The notes beneath the pieces are model-generated. The model was given only the letters and a program-made list of their open reading frames with translations. It did not search any database and had not been told where the DNA came from. A DNA stretch of 64,000 bases. It comes from Takakia lepidozioides. Lineage: Eukaryota; Plantae; Bryophyta. The stretch covers positions 34,720,001 to 34,784,000 of the forward strand of contig CM060733.1 in the NCBI GenBank assembly GCA_030704615.1. The letters are read 5' to 3'. Within the stretch, counting starts at the first letter, position 1. Each line of letters starts with the position of its first letter. Positions 52,856 through 63,899 of the stretch are shown piece after piece. The position numbers and the translations under genes are program-made.

Positions 52856-53043
52856 AGATCTCATTGATGGCAAGAATCTGCCCGTGGGACCTCTTCACCT
52901 TCTTCAACTTCTGAGGAAGTACCAAAACTTGGACTTTGCCCGCACCTCGTTGGTCGCCCACAACGTCATGCGGTACGCCTTCGGCTGCTCATCGGTTGGG
53001 GTAGGCAGTGCTCGCCCCACCACCTGGTACTGGTGAAACTCAT
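52856..53043 (-). pseudogene. RPL18A: Captured 60S ribosomal protein L18a (eL20) 5' fragment
   Basis: [43 protein letters not shown] / [18 protein letters not shown], frameshifted. Confidence 0.93.
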
Positions 53044-53121
53044 GGCTCCTGCCTGCTCTCTCTCTCGGATCAGCAGAAGCTAGAAGGAGCGCGAGACGGC
53101 CAATGCAGGGCGCTGCCGAGT

Positions 53122-53611
53122 CTAAAAAGGTAGGCTCATAACCATTGGTTGCAATGGCCAGGATGGCGAAACCAATGGCATGACCCAGAGCTCCCCAAGC
53201 AAGCACATCGACGAGGGTGAAACCAGCGGGGTCATTCGTCTTCAAAAAGCCAACGACCTCCTGTGCCCGGCTATCACCTCCTCGAAGTGAGTAACGCCAT
53301 TTTGTACAGGAGTCATTGCCTTGCAACATTGTCTCTCTGGAAGGGGAGGAACACAAATCGTCCCAGAAACAGAAGAGCTCCGGTGCTCAAGGAGATCACA
53401 ACCGCTGCATTGCATGTGGTCTTCGCCGAGGACTTGGCGATTCTAGTTTGGCTCGAAAACGACCGGTTGCTCATTGCCAGGGAATCCAGTCGGTTGCCAG
53501 ATCGCAGGCCGGGGAAGCTGGCCTGGACGGAGGCCACTCTTGCAACCTTCTCTTCCCGGACAGAGTGGGAATGCCAGTGGCCACCCATGAAGATGCAGCA
53601 CAGGCAGCCAT
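53122..53611 (-). pseudogene. PSAG: Captured full-length photosystem I subunit V (PsaG) copy, frameshifted
   Basis: MAACAASS transit peptide; [29 protein letters not shown]; [49 protein letters not shown]. Confidence 0.92.
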
Positions 53612-55554
53612 TATTGAAACAAACCGTATCAAAATCTGCACAAACTGTAGGCGAAGCTTCAGAGACGGGCGCTGTGTGCAAAGATCTGTGCAAGACCTGC
53701 GAGCTAGAGCGACAAGCCTGTGGTGGTGCACCTGTAACTGCAAATGAAACCTGGGAACGGTTTTTAATGGCGGTTTTTAACGTTTTGGTGTTAAAAAATA
53801 AAAATAAAAAATAAAAATAAACCTTTTGATCTAATTTAAATGATTTAGAGCCTGGTTGGCCATATCTTTGTCAAATGAGCTCCGTTTGACTCAGTTTTGG
53901 GGGGATAGCTGCAGAAAGGGGAAATCTACTTATCTAGACCTGGTTTCTTTTTTTGGGACTCTGCTAAAAATCTATGGAATTTTTAGAGTGTGAGTGTGCC
54001 GTGAAAGATCCACAATTCTGTTTCTAGAACCTGTTCTGGTCTATTTGAGAGACAAATCTGTGGATGTCCTCCTTGTATGGCTGGGGGAAATGAGGACGTA
54101 ATTGAAGGGCAGGTCTCTTCTCTTAGCTTGTGCACACAATGGGACAGGATTTATGTTTCCCAAGGAACTCAGACTGATTTGAGTGGAGAACAGTTGGACG
54201 AGTTGATTGCATACTGGGAGTCAGGCATTAGCAGTAGACAACAGACTGCTGTAGTTGGCGTTGAGGGCCTCAATATCGCTTTGGACAGTCAGAACTCTGT
54301 TGGAGCCAGCAGTTCTGCAGCTGTAAGTGAAATACCAAAGTGGGTGAAAGCTAGGCTTGGAACACAGCCAAAGACAGCCCCGGGGACCAAGGTGTTCAGC
54401 CACAGGCTGTGGTGTACTGGAGCAGAGGAGCAGGAGCTACACAAGTTTTTGTGCAATCAGATAGCGTTGCAGCCGGACACGCTCTGCACAAGGCAACCAC
54501 GAGCGGGGTTTCATTAGCGAGGACAAGTTTGTTCTGTTTGAAAGGAGATGCAGTCATTCGCAATGAGACACCCGCACCGTTTCAAAGCTTTCGAGTTGAG
54601 AGACTATTAGACCCTACCTTTGTTTTCTTTAGTGTTCAGTGAGCGGGACAGCAGAGTGTTGCTTTGTCTCTACCTGGCAGAAAGAGGAGGAGGGTTGGTT
54701 AGAGCGAGCTACTGTAGTAGCTTGGGACAAGGTTAGTGGCAGGTTTCTGGACATAGATAACCTCCTACCCTACCATCATGTAGAGCGAGCACTTTGAGAG
54801 AAGTCGGGAGTTGATAGCATAGATCAGGATTAGATCTTGCTTGGGCAGGCTTCTATGTTCCCCTCCATCTCTGACTATTTTCATTACCTTGTACTCGTAG
54901 TTGCCAAAGCCTCTCTTGGTGGAGGCCAGTCAGTCCGGGGTTTTGGGCTGGGATATTCTGCACGATCAGCATTGCAGCTGGATTTTGGTGTGGGGGGTGT
55001 TGATGTTTGATTTCTTGTGTTTGGATCCCCCCCAACACCTGCATGCTTGACTGTGCGCCATGTTGGTTTTTGTGTGGGCGCTTGCTTTCATAGGGATTAT
55101 TATTTCGATCACCGGTCAATCCTAGAGTATGCTGTCGGTGGTGAGGCTGGAGTGATGACCCAGCAAGACCACCAGTGTTTCTTCTATGGTGAGCTGGGTT
55201 GATGACCAGCCAACCATATATAGTTCTTGCGGTGGATGCAGGTGCAAGGTGCCCTGAGCCATTGGGATATGATCCTTAGACTGCAACAGGTGCCCACCCG
55301 TGTCACTATTAGATTAGTACTAGAGCCTTATAGTGTCACTGGAGAGAGGTGCACATTGTGAGTGTCATTACAGAGTTACCCAAGGGTTTTGAGGGGAGTA
55401 CGGCTACAGGCAGTAACAGTGAGAGTGGTTCACAAGACGAGGTATTCGGTTCAGACCACCTTCAACCGCCACCCTCAACTATTGTAGAGTCAGACACAGA
55501 CTCGGAGGCTTCATCAAACATGTGCAGTTTCATTTTCGCCATTGTTGGGGACGA

Positions 55555-56880
55555 CATGGAAAGGATGTATGGAGCTACCAAGGGGCCTCGTAGGTACTCT
55601 GGAGCTGTGGGCACAATCGAGTTGGATGACTTTATATCCAGGAGTTCGACAGCTGGTGTGATTTGCAGCAGATGCGCAATCCACAACTATTCACCCCATT
55701 CATGGCGTGGAAGGGACTGTTCCAGCATTTGGAAGGCCCCGCCTATGGACGATTACCACGAGTTCAGGCGAGGACATGAAGCAAGAGATTGAGGAGTGGA
55801 GGATGTATTGGTCACCCCTGACTATGTTTCCATTACTGGAGGCACGATGCGACCAGTAGCTGCAATCAGTAACCAATATCTCCCACTGCCAGCACTATGA
55901 GTAGTGGAACAAATAGTGCCACTTCTGCAGGTGGTACTAGTTCAAAAGGTGCTACTACTCCTCCTGCCACGACTACAACACATGTGCCTAGATTCAACCC
56001 GGTGGTGGAGTTCTTCCAGGAGTTGCGGAGGAATTACCAAGATGTACGGACAGAGAAGCTGCGAAGTTTGCAAGACTTCCAGCGCAAACCCAATGAAAGC
56101 CTGCGAGAGGTACACTCGTATGAGGCGCTTGATAAGTGTGACCCAAGGGGTTACTGAAGCTCAGGCAATCCAATTTTGGTATGGAATTCTGGACAAGGAG
56201 CTCAAGAGAAGGGTGCGAGATGCAACCCTGTTACAAGCAGCCCAACCCACATTAGCAGATGTGTTTCTGCTGGCTGAGCGGATTGAGCTCAACATGTGAG
56301 GAGCGAGTTGTCACCATTGGATTTGGCAAGGACATGCCTGCACGAGGCGCAGCTGCCAGCCCACAAGCACAAGGTACTGCCCAGCAACGTGGTCAGGGGG
56401 GCAGGTTTCCCAACCCAAGTTCCATGGATTTTATAGGGGACCTCAGGTGCAGAGGCCCGTGGCATCTTTTACAGGCCAACAACAACCAGGGGTGGTATGT
56501 TGGACATGTGGAGGACCCCATGTCAAGAAGATTGCCCAGAGAATGGCAGAAGGCCGGCACACACAACCTGCACAGTTGCAGTGTGGGCATTGTGGCAAGT
56601 ATGGACATGGAGATGCCCAGTGTTATGACTTGCACCTTGAGTTGCGCCCAGGCCAGTTCCAAGGGAACAATGGTGGCCGGGGGCGAGGTGGACCAGCCCA
56701 GAGGACGAGGTGGTCGGGCACGAGGTGCAGGCCAAGGGCAAGCTCAACATGGCCAAGGACGCGGAGGTCAGGGTGTTGCCAAGGCATGGCCAACCGGCTT
56801 CAGCAGCTAGAGCAGAGGCTCGCTGCCATGGCTACAGCTCAGGCGGTACCGGCTCCCAGGCGGGATGGTCCCACCTCCTG
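55555..56880 (+). CDS. Gypsy gag (frameshifted) with two CCHC zinc knuckles
   Basis: KLRSLQDFQRKPNESLRE; FWYGILDKELKRRV; CWTCGGPH and CGHCGKYGHGDAQC. Confidence 0.8.
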
Positions 56881-57499
56881 TTCCTGAGGGGAGATATGGG
56901 CATGGGATTCATGTGCGGAGCAACACTACCACTAGAGTAGGTGGAGTCTGCTGCAGCCGTGACTCGAGGAGCAGCACGAGTTCCTGAGCCACGAGGTGTA
57001 GAGGTGGAGTTGGATCCACAACGTGGGGAGGCAAGCCGTCAAGCGAGGCTGCCTCAGTCATTCATCTTGGCGGAGACAGTGTCAACACACCATGGCACCT
57101 AGTTTCTCGCCCGACTGTTACCGAGGCGGAGGGTTCTATGCCATTGGGGAGAGCTACACGTGCAATACTGACCTGCTGCCAAGGCTAGTGCAGCCGGTGT
57201 GTTGTTGGGGGCAGCCACCTCTGTGTGTCAAGCCCCCACTGTTCTCGGCAACCATGATTGCGACGCCGGGGGTAGACCAGCTGCAGTGTTCAGACTAGCA
57301 GCAACACTCTGTGAGAGTGGGGAGTCACTTCATCTTCTTCGGAGTTAGTGGAAGGTATAGTGGCAGAGGGATCCTTGGATTGAGGGTCACTGCCATGGCT
57401 GCGCCATGGCAAGCTGCAGCTGCCAGGTTGACGGAGCTGCCAGCTAGGCCAGCCTTTGAGCGCGCCATGGTGAACACCTGGAGTTGTCTTGTTAGACAC

Positions 57500-57860
57500 C
57501 AGGGAGGCATTTTCACTTGAGTGGACCGGCAGGCAAGAAGTACCGGCCACTGCGGGTCTTGTTGGACTCGGGAGCTCAGCCACTGATTTTGGGAGCTGCT
57601 ATTGCAGGTTTGGGCCATGGAGGCGGATATGGAGCCTTGTCTTTCCAGATACAGACATCTCTGGGAGGATCAGAGCAGGCTCGGGCATGACACGGCGTGA
57701 GTTGGCCATTGGAATACAAGCAATCATCCTGTAGATGGTCAGTGATGCGAGCCAAGGCCATTGTGACAGACGCGGTCTCTTACGATGTCCTCGTTGGTGG
57801 GGCAGTGTTATATCCCATGGGCTTCACCCTGGACTTTTGGGAGGAGTCAGCATCCTACAG
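57500..57860 (+). CDS. Retroviral-type aspartic protease (frameshifted)
   Basis: VLLDSGAQPLILG at ~57556-57595; YDVLVGGAVL. Confidence 0.85.
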
Positions 57861-58257
57861 CCTGGATGGCAGTCAGGGATGGTCATCGTGCACAGCTCCC
57901 GTGACATTCATTGGGGGTATTGCGGCTGCCCAACGGGGCAAGATGCCAACACTAGCCGCCTTTACAGCTGCAGTTAGTTGGCCTGGAGAGTTGCTGGAGG
58001 GCAATGCCCATGCAGAGGATGTGCCACCTCCAGCAGAGCAGGATGACATGCATGGTATGGCGGAGTTGTCTGCCATGGTTGCTCACACTCCATTGTGGGG
58101 TACGAGCAAGGATTTGCAGCAGGTTGCGGATCGACGGGTGCAACAAGCCTGGGTAGAGGCTTTTGTACCGTCAGAGAGGAGGAGAGTGCGGGTATTGCAC
58201 CAGGACCACCTCAGTTGTCACCACATTGGATACCACACCTATTGTGGCAGTATATGA

Positions 58258-59225
58258 TGAAGGAATTTGCCTTCTGGACTTGTTTGGCGGGATCAGCACC
58301 GGATTGGCTGCTGTGCTATAGGCAGGTGTGCGACTAAGGCGTTACCTGTATGTGGAGAGGGATGAGACTGCACGACGCGTCTCATTGCACCATGTGGCTC
58401 AGTTGGTACAGCAGTACCCTGACTTGTTGCCTGTTTCTGCAGTTTGTGGATACCAACAAGCCTTATCAGCAGACATTTCATTGTTGGGGGCGCAAGATTT
58501 GGAGCAGGTTGGCTCCATTGATCTGATAGTGGCAGGTTGGCCCTACCAAGGGCATTCATCAGCCGGGCATGGCAATGGATTGCGAGACTCGAGGACGGGT
58601 CTGTTTTGGGAGATGGTGCGGGTTTTTTGCGCCACTTGCAGCTTCATCAAGCTGTATCTCCAGCATACATCTTGGAGAATGTGCCACTGATGGGTGATTC
58701 TCGGGCCAGGGTGATGGCCAGTGTGCATCAAGTCCGGTCGTGGCTTGGGTCAGCAGTGCTGCTGGATGCAGCTGCAGTGGGATCACGGGCTCATCGTCCA
58801 CGGCTTTGGTGGACTAACTTGATGCCACTCATACTGCTCAAGCATGCATTTGATGGGGTGCAGCGGCCAGCACACCTCACCGTGGATGGCATTTTGGACA
58901 CAGGGAGGCAGTCTCAACATGTGAGACACGATGACCGTTCGCCTTTGGCAGTGGTCAACAGGGTGTCAACCACGAGCAGCATTACCTACACTGCTCAGTT
59001 TCCCAGGATCCCATGCTTTTCGGGATGGTGGACCTGGCCTCTTGTGGGATAGCCAGTTGCAACAGTTAGTGGAGCCTAATGCCGACAGCGAGAGCGGGCT
59101 ATGGGATTTTCCACTGGGACCACGGCGGTGCCTTCTCTTTTTGAGGCATCACGTTGTCAGGTGTTGGGGCAAGCAATGGATCTCAATTGCTTGACCTGGA
59201 TTATCAGCTTGGCTATGGCTGAGCA
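58258..59225 (+). CDS. DNMT3-like C5-cytosine DNA methyltransferase domain inside pol (disrupted)
   Basis: Motif I LLDLFGGISTG; II YLYVERD; IV IDLIVAGWPYQGHS; TGLFWEMVR; VI YILENV; VIII DAAAVGSRAHRPRLWWTNL; IX-X ERAMGFSTGTT...RCQVLGQAM. Confidence 0.93.
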
Positions 59226-59639
59226 ACGTAAAGTGCGGAGTGCCCTTCCCTTGACGGTCTCTCTGCCTACCGAGACGGTACAGGCAGCGAGTGGGGGCGA
59301 GCCGGTGAGGACCACGGGGTGTAGACATCCATGGCACACGTGGGAGGTGCTCGAGTTCAGAGGAGTTGGCAGCCAAGGCAGCTGTGATGGATGAGGTTGG
59401 GGATTCTTCTCGGGATGAGGAGGTTCTCAATGATGAGATGATGGGGCAGGATGAGGCCTTGTCATTGACTGAGTAGAAGGGAGTACTGCTCAAGAGGTTG
59501 CAGCATAGCAACCACGGGACGCGTCCTCTACCTCTAAGCCCACGGACTTAAGGTTGCAGTTACGGAGGACAATTGGGAGCCTGACATTGGACCCATTGTC
59601 ACCGGAGGAGAGAGACGACGTATACGGCGGTTCCGAGGG

Positions 59640-61010
59640 CTTACAGGAATTGCTTTGCCTTCAGTTTGAAGGACTTGAGCACTGAAGGGTCAAGAGATCC
59701 GTATTGAGTTGGCCACTGACACGCCAATCTTTCGGAGACCCTATAGATACAGTGACATGGAGAGGTCTTTGATTCAGTTGAGGACTCAAGATCTCTGGGA
59801 GGCAGGTTTGGTGGAGTTCTCTGATGGAGAGTATGCTTCAGCCACAGTGATGCCAGCCAAGAAGGATGTCTATGGCAATTGGACGGAGAGACGATGTGTG
59901 CGGTGATTACCGGCCTGTTAATCGTCAGACCAAGTCCAATATGTATGCCATGCCGACACCAGAGGAGATCTTTGATGCCATTGGGCATTCCAAGGTCTTT
60001 AGCACGTTGGATTACGATCCGGATATCACCAGTTGCCGATCAAGGAGGCGGATAAGCAAAAGACGGCATTCTGGGGGATCAATGAGCACGGGAAGGATTG
60101 CCTATACCAGTGGCGGTTTTTACCATTTGGCTTAAAAACGCTCCCGCTGAGTTTTCAAGAGTCATGGACAGGATTCTAGCAGGGTGGAGTTTGCTCGGTG
60201 CTACATAGATAACATCATCATCTTTAGTGCTACGGTGGAGGAGCATGAGAGACACCTTCAGGGGGTATTTGAGCGCTTAAGGACGCACGGATTGAAGTTA
60301 CATCCAGGCAAGTGCAAGTTTTTCCACAACCAGATTGACTATCTGGGTCACATGATATATCCTGGAGGATTGGGGGTACAGCAGACTAAGGTAGAGTCCA
60401 TTGCACATGTTTCCACGCCCCACGGATGTGAGCCGAGTTCGAGCTTTCATGGGTTAGCAAACTATTACAGACGGTTTGTTAAGGGATTTAGTGCCATTGC
60501 AAAGGCTCTAACCAAGCTGACCAAGGTGGACCAGGAGTGGCAGTGGGAAGATGAGCAAACAAGCTTTTCAAGAGCTCAAGGCGAGGTTAACCTCGGCGCC
60601 CATCTTGAGACGACCTATCAGGGGGCGTCCTTTTCAGCTACATACAGATTGGAGCATGCTGGGGCTTGGAGCGGTGCTCACATAGGTGGATGATGAGGGA
60701 AGAGAGTTCGTAGTGGCTTATGCTAGCCGCTCGAACAATGCTGCAAGTCAAGTATAGCTCATATGAGGGAGAATGCTTAGCTGCAGTGTGGGCCGTGGCA
60801 CACTTCAGGTGCTATCTATACGGCAATCTCTTCACCCTTGTCACGGATCACCAACCACTCAAGTGGTTGATGGAGTTAGACAAGCTTACGGGGAAGCTTG
60901 CACGGTGGGCACTCATCCTTCAAGAGTATGACTTTCAGGTGGTGCATCGACCGGGTTTGGTCAATCGCAATGCAGATGGGTTGAGTCGCAATCCATGCAC
61001 GAGCCAGCAG
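59640..61010 (+). CDS. Reverse transcriptase and RNase H (frameshifted)
   Basis: PIFRRPYRYS; CGDYRPVN; FSTLD; PFGLKNAP; CYIDNIIIF; KCKFF..YLGH; GLANYYRRFVKGF; YSSYEGECLAAVWAV..TDHQPLKW. Confidence 0.95.
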
Positions 61011-61379
61011 GATGACACTGGAGCTCGGTGGCATGGTGAGATGGACGAGGAGATGGTGCCCGGATGGCATGCATCTGCATTTCTGTGTATCTTGGCAGCG
61101 GAAAGCCAGGTTGGACCTGCAACAGGGATGACTGTAGATCAAGTGTCTGAGGACCCTGAGGCCAGAATGAGCAAGGTGGCGCCAAAGATATACATGGGTT
61201 CAGTTGTGTTGGACTACCTCCGCACTGGAGACACTGCAGCCACTGTGACTGCCAAGGAGAGGGATCGGATCCTACAACGAGCCAAGAGGTTCAAGTGGGA
61301 GGGGACACACCTGCTCCGAGTGTGGGAGGATGGTCGAGTGAGGGACTGTGCCTCACCCAACACAGCGGGCACGGTTAGT

Positions 61380-62400
61380 GCGGCATGCCCATGAGGAGTT
61401 GGGGCATTTTGGGGTGCGACGCACTCATAGTCTACTGCAGGGGCAGTATTGGTGGCGTGGTATGCACACAGAGGTGCAACAATTTGTGGCTAGGTGTGGT
61501 GTGTAACAGGTGCGTGCTTCATTCAACGCCCCTACTCCACAATTGCACCCTCTTCGATCATGGGATTGGGCTACAGGTGGAGTCTTGACTTCGCAGGGCC
61601 GTTGCCACTGACCATGCGTCACAACAAGTACGTATGCATTTGGAGAAGTGTTGGTTCCATTGCCTGATAAGGCTAGTGAGGGAGCTGCGTATACATTCTT
61701 GGATTGTGTGCTTAGCCGATTCGGTGCTCCAGCTGAGGTATTCACGGACCAAGGGAGAGAGTTCTTGGGGGAGTTTCAGGCTTTGTGTGACAAGGCCTTG
61801 ATAGACCACCGCACCACTTCTCGGGATCATCATAAGGCCGATGGCTTGGCAGAGAGAGTTGTTCAGACAGTAAAGAGGGATTTGCGCAAGTATGGCTTGC
61901 AGAAGGGACACCTAGGAGATTGGGACCTTCAGTACCCCTGGTTAGCCATGGGCTACAGGTTCAGCAAGCAAGCATCACTTGCCTCCTTCTCACCATACTT
62001 TCTTCTCTTTGGCCGAGAGCCGGATTTGCCTATATCCATTCGCAGAGAAGCTGCTACAGTTCTTAATCTTGACGATCCAGACGTGTGGGCACGTGCATGT
62101 GAGCAGCGTGCAGAGTTGTTCAAGAAAGTCATGCCCATGGCTTTCGAGAACCTTGCCATTGCACAACCGTGATACGTTGAGGTATGCTACCATACGTGGT
62201 GGGGGCTATCGTCCTGGGGTTCGGAGATTCAACCCTGGTGACTATGTCTATCTGCAGCAGACTGCTCCTACGACCTTGGATGTGACTGCATGACGTGTTA
62301 TTTTGAGGGTTCGAGAGGTCTTGCCCTCAGGCGTCTTGGTCTTGGAAAGTCGGGATGGCATCACTTGGAAGGACCATGTGCGTAATTGTGCGCCATGTCA
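61380..62400 (+). CDS. Integrase (HHCC zinc finger, rve core, C-terminal region)
   Basis: HEELGHFG..YWWRGM; WSLDFAGPLP; RFGAPAEVFTDQGREF; DGLAERVVQTVK; SPYFLLFGREP. Confidence 0.93.
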
Positions 62401-62459
62401 CCTTCCGAATGTCGATGGCAGGATTGACCCAAACCTGGCAGTGGTATCTGCAGGTTTGA

Positions 62460-62605
62460 GGTGCATGTTGTGTGGGTCTGCTAAAGGGGCAGCCACCATG
62501 ATGGTGTGTGATCGATGCTCTAGAGGTTGGCATATGGGATGCTTGACTCCACCTCTTGAGATGGTTCCGGATGCGGATTGGTTATGTCCACATTGCATTG
62601 GATAG
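62460..62605 (+). CDS. PHD finger at the integrase C-terminus
   Basis: CMLC...MMVCDRCSRGWHMGCLTPPLEMVPDADWLCPHC, canonical C4HC3 with PPL..VP...W.CP.C. Confidence 0.95.
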
Positions 62606-63538
62606 TGGGAGTGGATACAACCATGGAAGACTAACAAGAAACGCAAGGCCCAGCTACTAGGAGACCTTGAACACACGAGGTCCTGGCTCAAGTTCACAGA
62701 TTGCAAGACGACGACTAACGATGGGGCTACTCTTGTACCCGGGCTCTTGGTCTATAGAGTTTGAGTACAATAGGGACAGTGATAGAGGACTTAATACGGC
62801 TGTGGCTATTACATCTTGTAGCTATCTGGAGGTAGAGGGACCTATCCACCAGCTAGGGGGGCGATTGTGGCACACTACTTTATTGTGCATATATGTGTGG
62901 TGTGGTTTGGACAGCGATGTAGTTGTGTAGCGATATATAGATTGCCCGTCAGATTCTGCTTGTAAATCAATCTTGTTAGCCAGCGATTGCAGGGCCTGCA
63001 CCTGGAGCTCCAGGAACATCAATAATCAGCAATCTCCTCCAGCAAAATGGCTTTAAGCGGAACTCACTGGCTCAATGAGTTCCAGATCAATAACCTTTCC
63101 AAACCTGCCTTCAAATGCTCACCCCTGAGATCAGAACACCTGCCAAACACAACTGTCAGATGCTCAATCTACACAGTTGATGAGAACACCTGTGCCACAT
63201 GTCTTCAGACATCATCTTTTGATTAAATCGCTCAAAGCACTCGCTTGCATGTGACGTTTCTACACATATCCGCCACTTCACCATAGCGTAACCGTCACCG
63301 CGTCCTCAACGAGGTTGTGTGAAGTCCCCAGCAATTGCAGAAGGAAGGCAGAACATGTCAAGCTGCCAAGGGAGCCGGAAGACGTGAAGTTCCGTCTTAA
63401 AAATACGTTGCGTTTGCCCATTAAAGTTGCACTATCAACTAACACCTCCATCCGTTTCTCACTTTCAAAACAAAAACCACAAGTGCTAAAACTAAACTCA
63501 CCTCCGGCACTCACAGATGCAAGCTCATCTCTCTCGAG

Positions 63539-63899
63539 TGATTGACAAGCTAAGAGACACACTGTTTACACCAGAAACAAAATGAATCCATCAGCATCAC
63601 TCTTTAAAAACAGAAGTCGAGCCAGGGGCACCCCAAGCTATGGGGACTTCACCCCACAAACAACCTATCCTCCTATCATAAGCACACTCAGTTCTAAACG
63701 CATGAAGGAGCTCGGTCGCGCAGGCTCAACTCGAGAGAGATGAGCTACGCGACTGACGCTCTCGTGAAGATAAGATGGTTCAGGTGTCAAGCTCAAACTT
63801 GACACCTGACTTAACACTTGAACTAAATCCAAGTGTTAAATACAAATAACTAGTTTTATTCTAGTTAGTTTCACACTGTGTTTATTTAACTTGACAGCT
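63539..63899 (+). repeat. Block B, second copy, inside the putative 3' LTR
   Basis: Near identity to 52053-52412. Confidence 0.95.

Noticed and set aside
53122-53611. Functional PsaG forming a photosystem I gene cluster with PsaF
   Set aside because: Frameshifted and embedded in a chain of unrelated gene fragments; proximity to PsaF is probably chance
58258-59225. Host DRM/DNMT3 gene or bacterial restriction-modification contamination
   Set aside because: No introns, no UBA or permuted DRM layout, no restriction enzyme; it is continuous with retroelement protease and RT
51981-62936. DIRS-type element with inverted terminal repeats
   Set aside because: The element encodes a DDE integrase and an aspartic protease; no tyrosine recombinase is seen
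52053-63899. Block B copies as the complete LTR pair
   Set aside because: They can be read TG...CA but have no TSD, PBS or PPT next to them; better PBS and PPT candidates are at 55289 and ~62855
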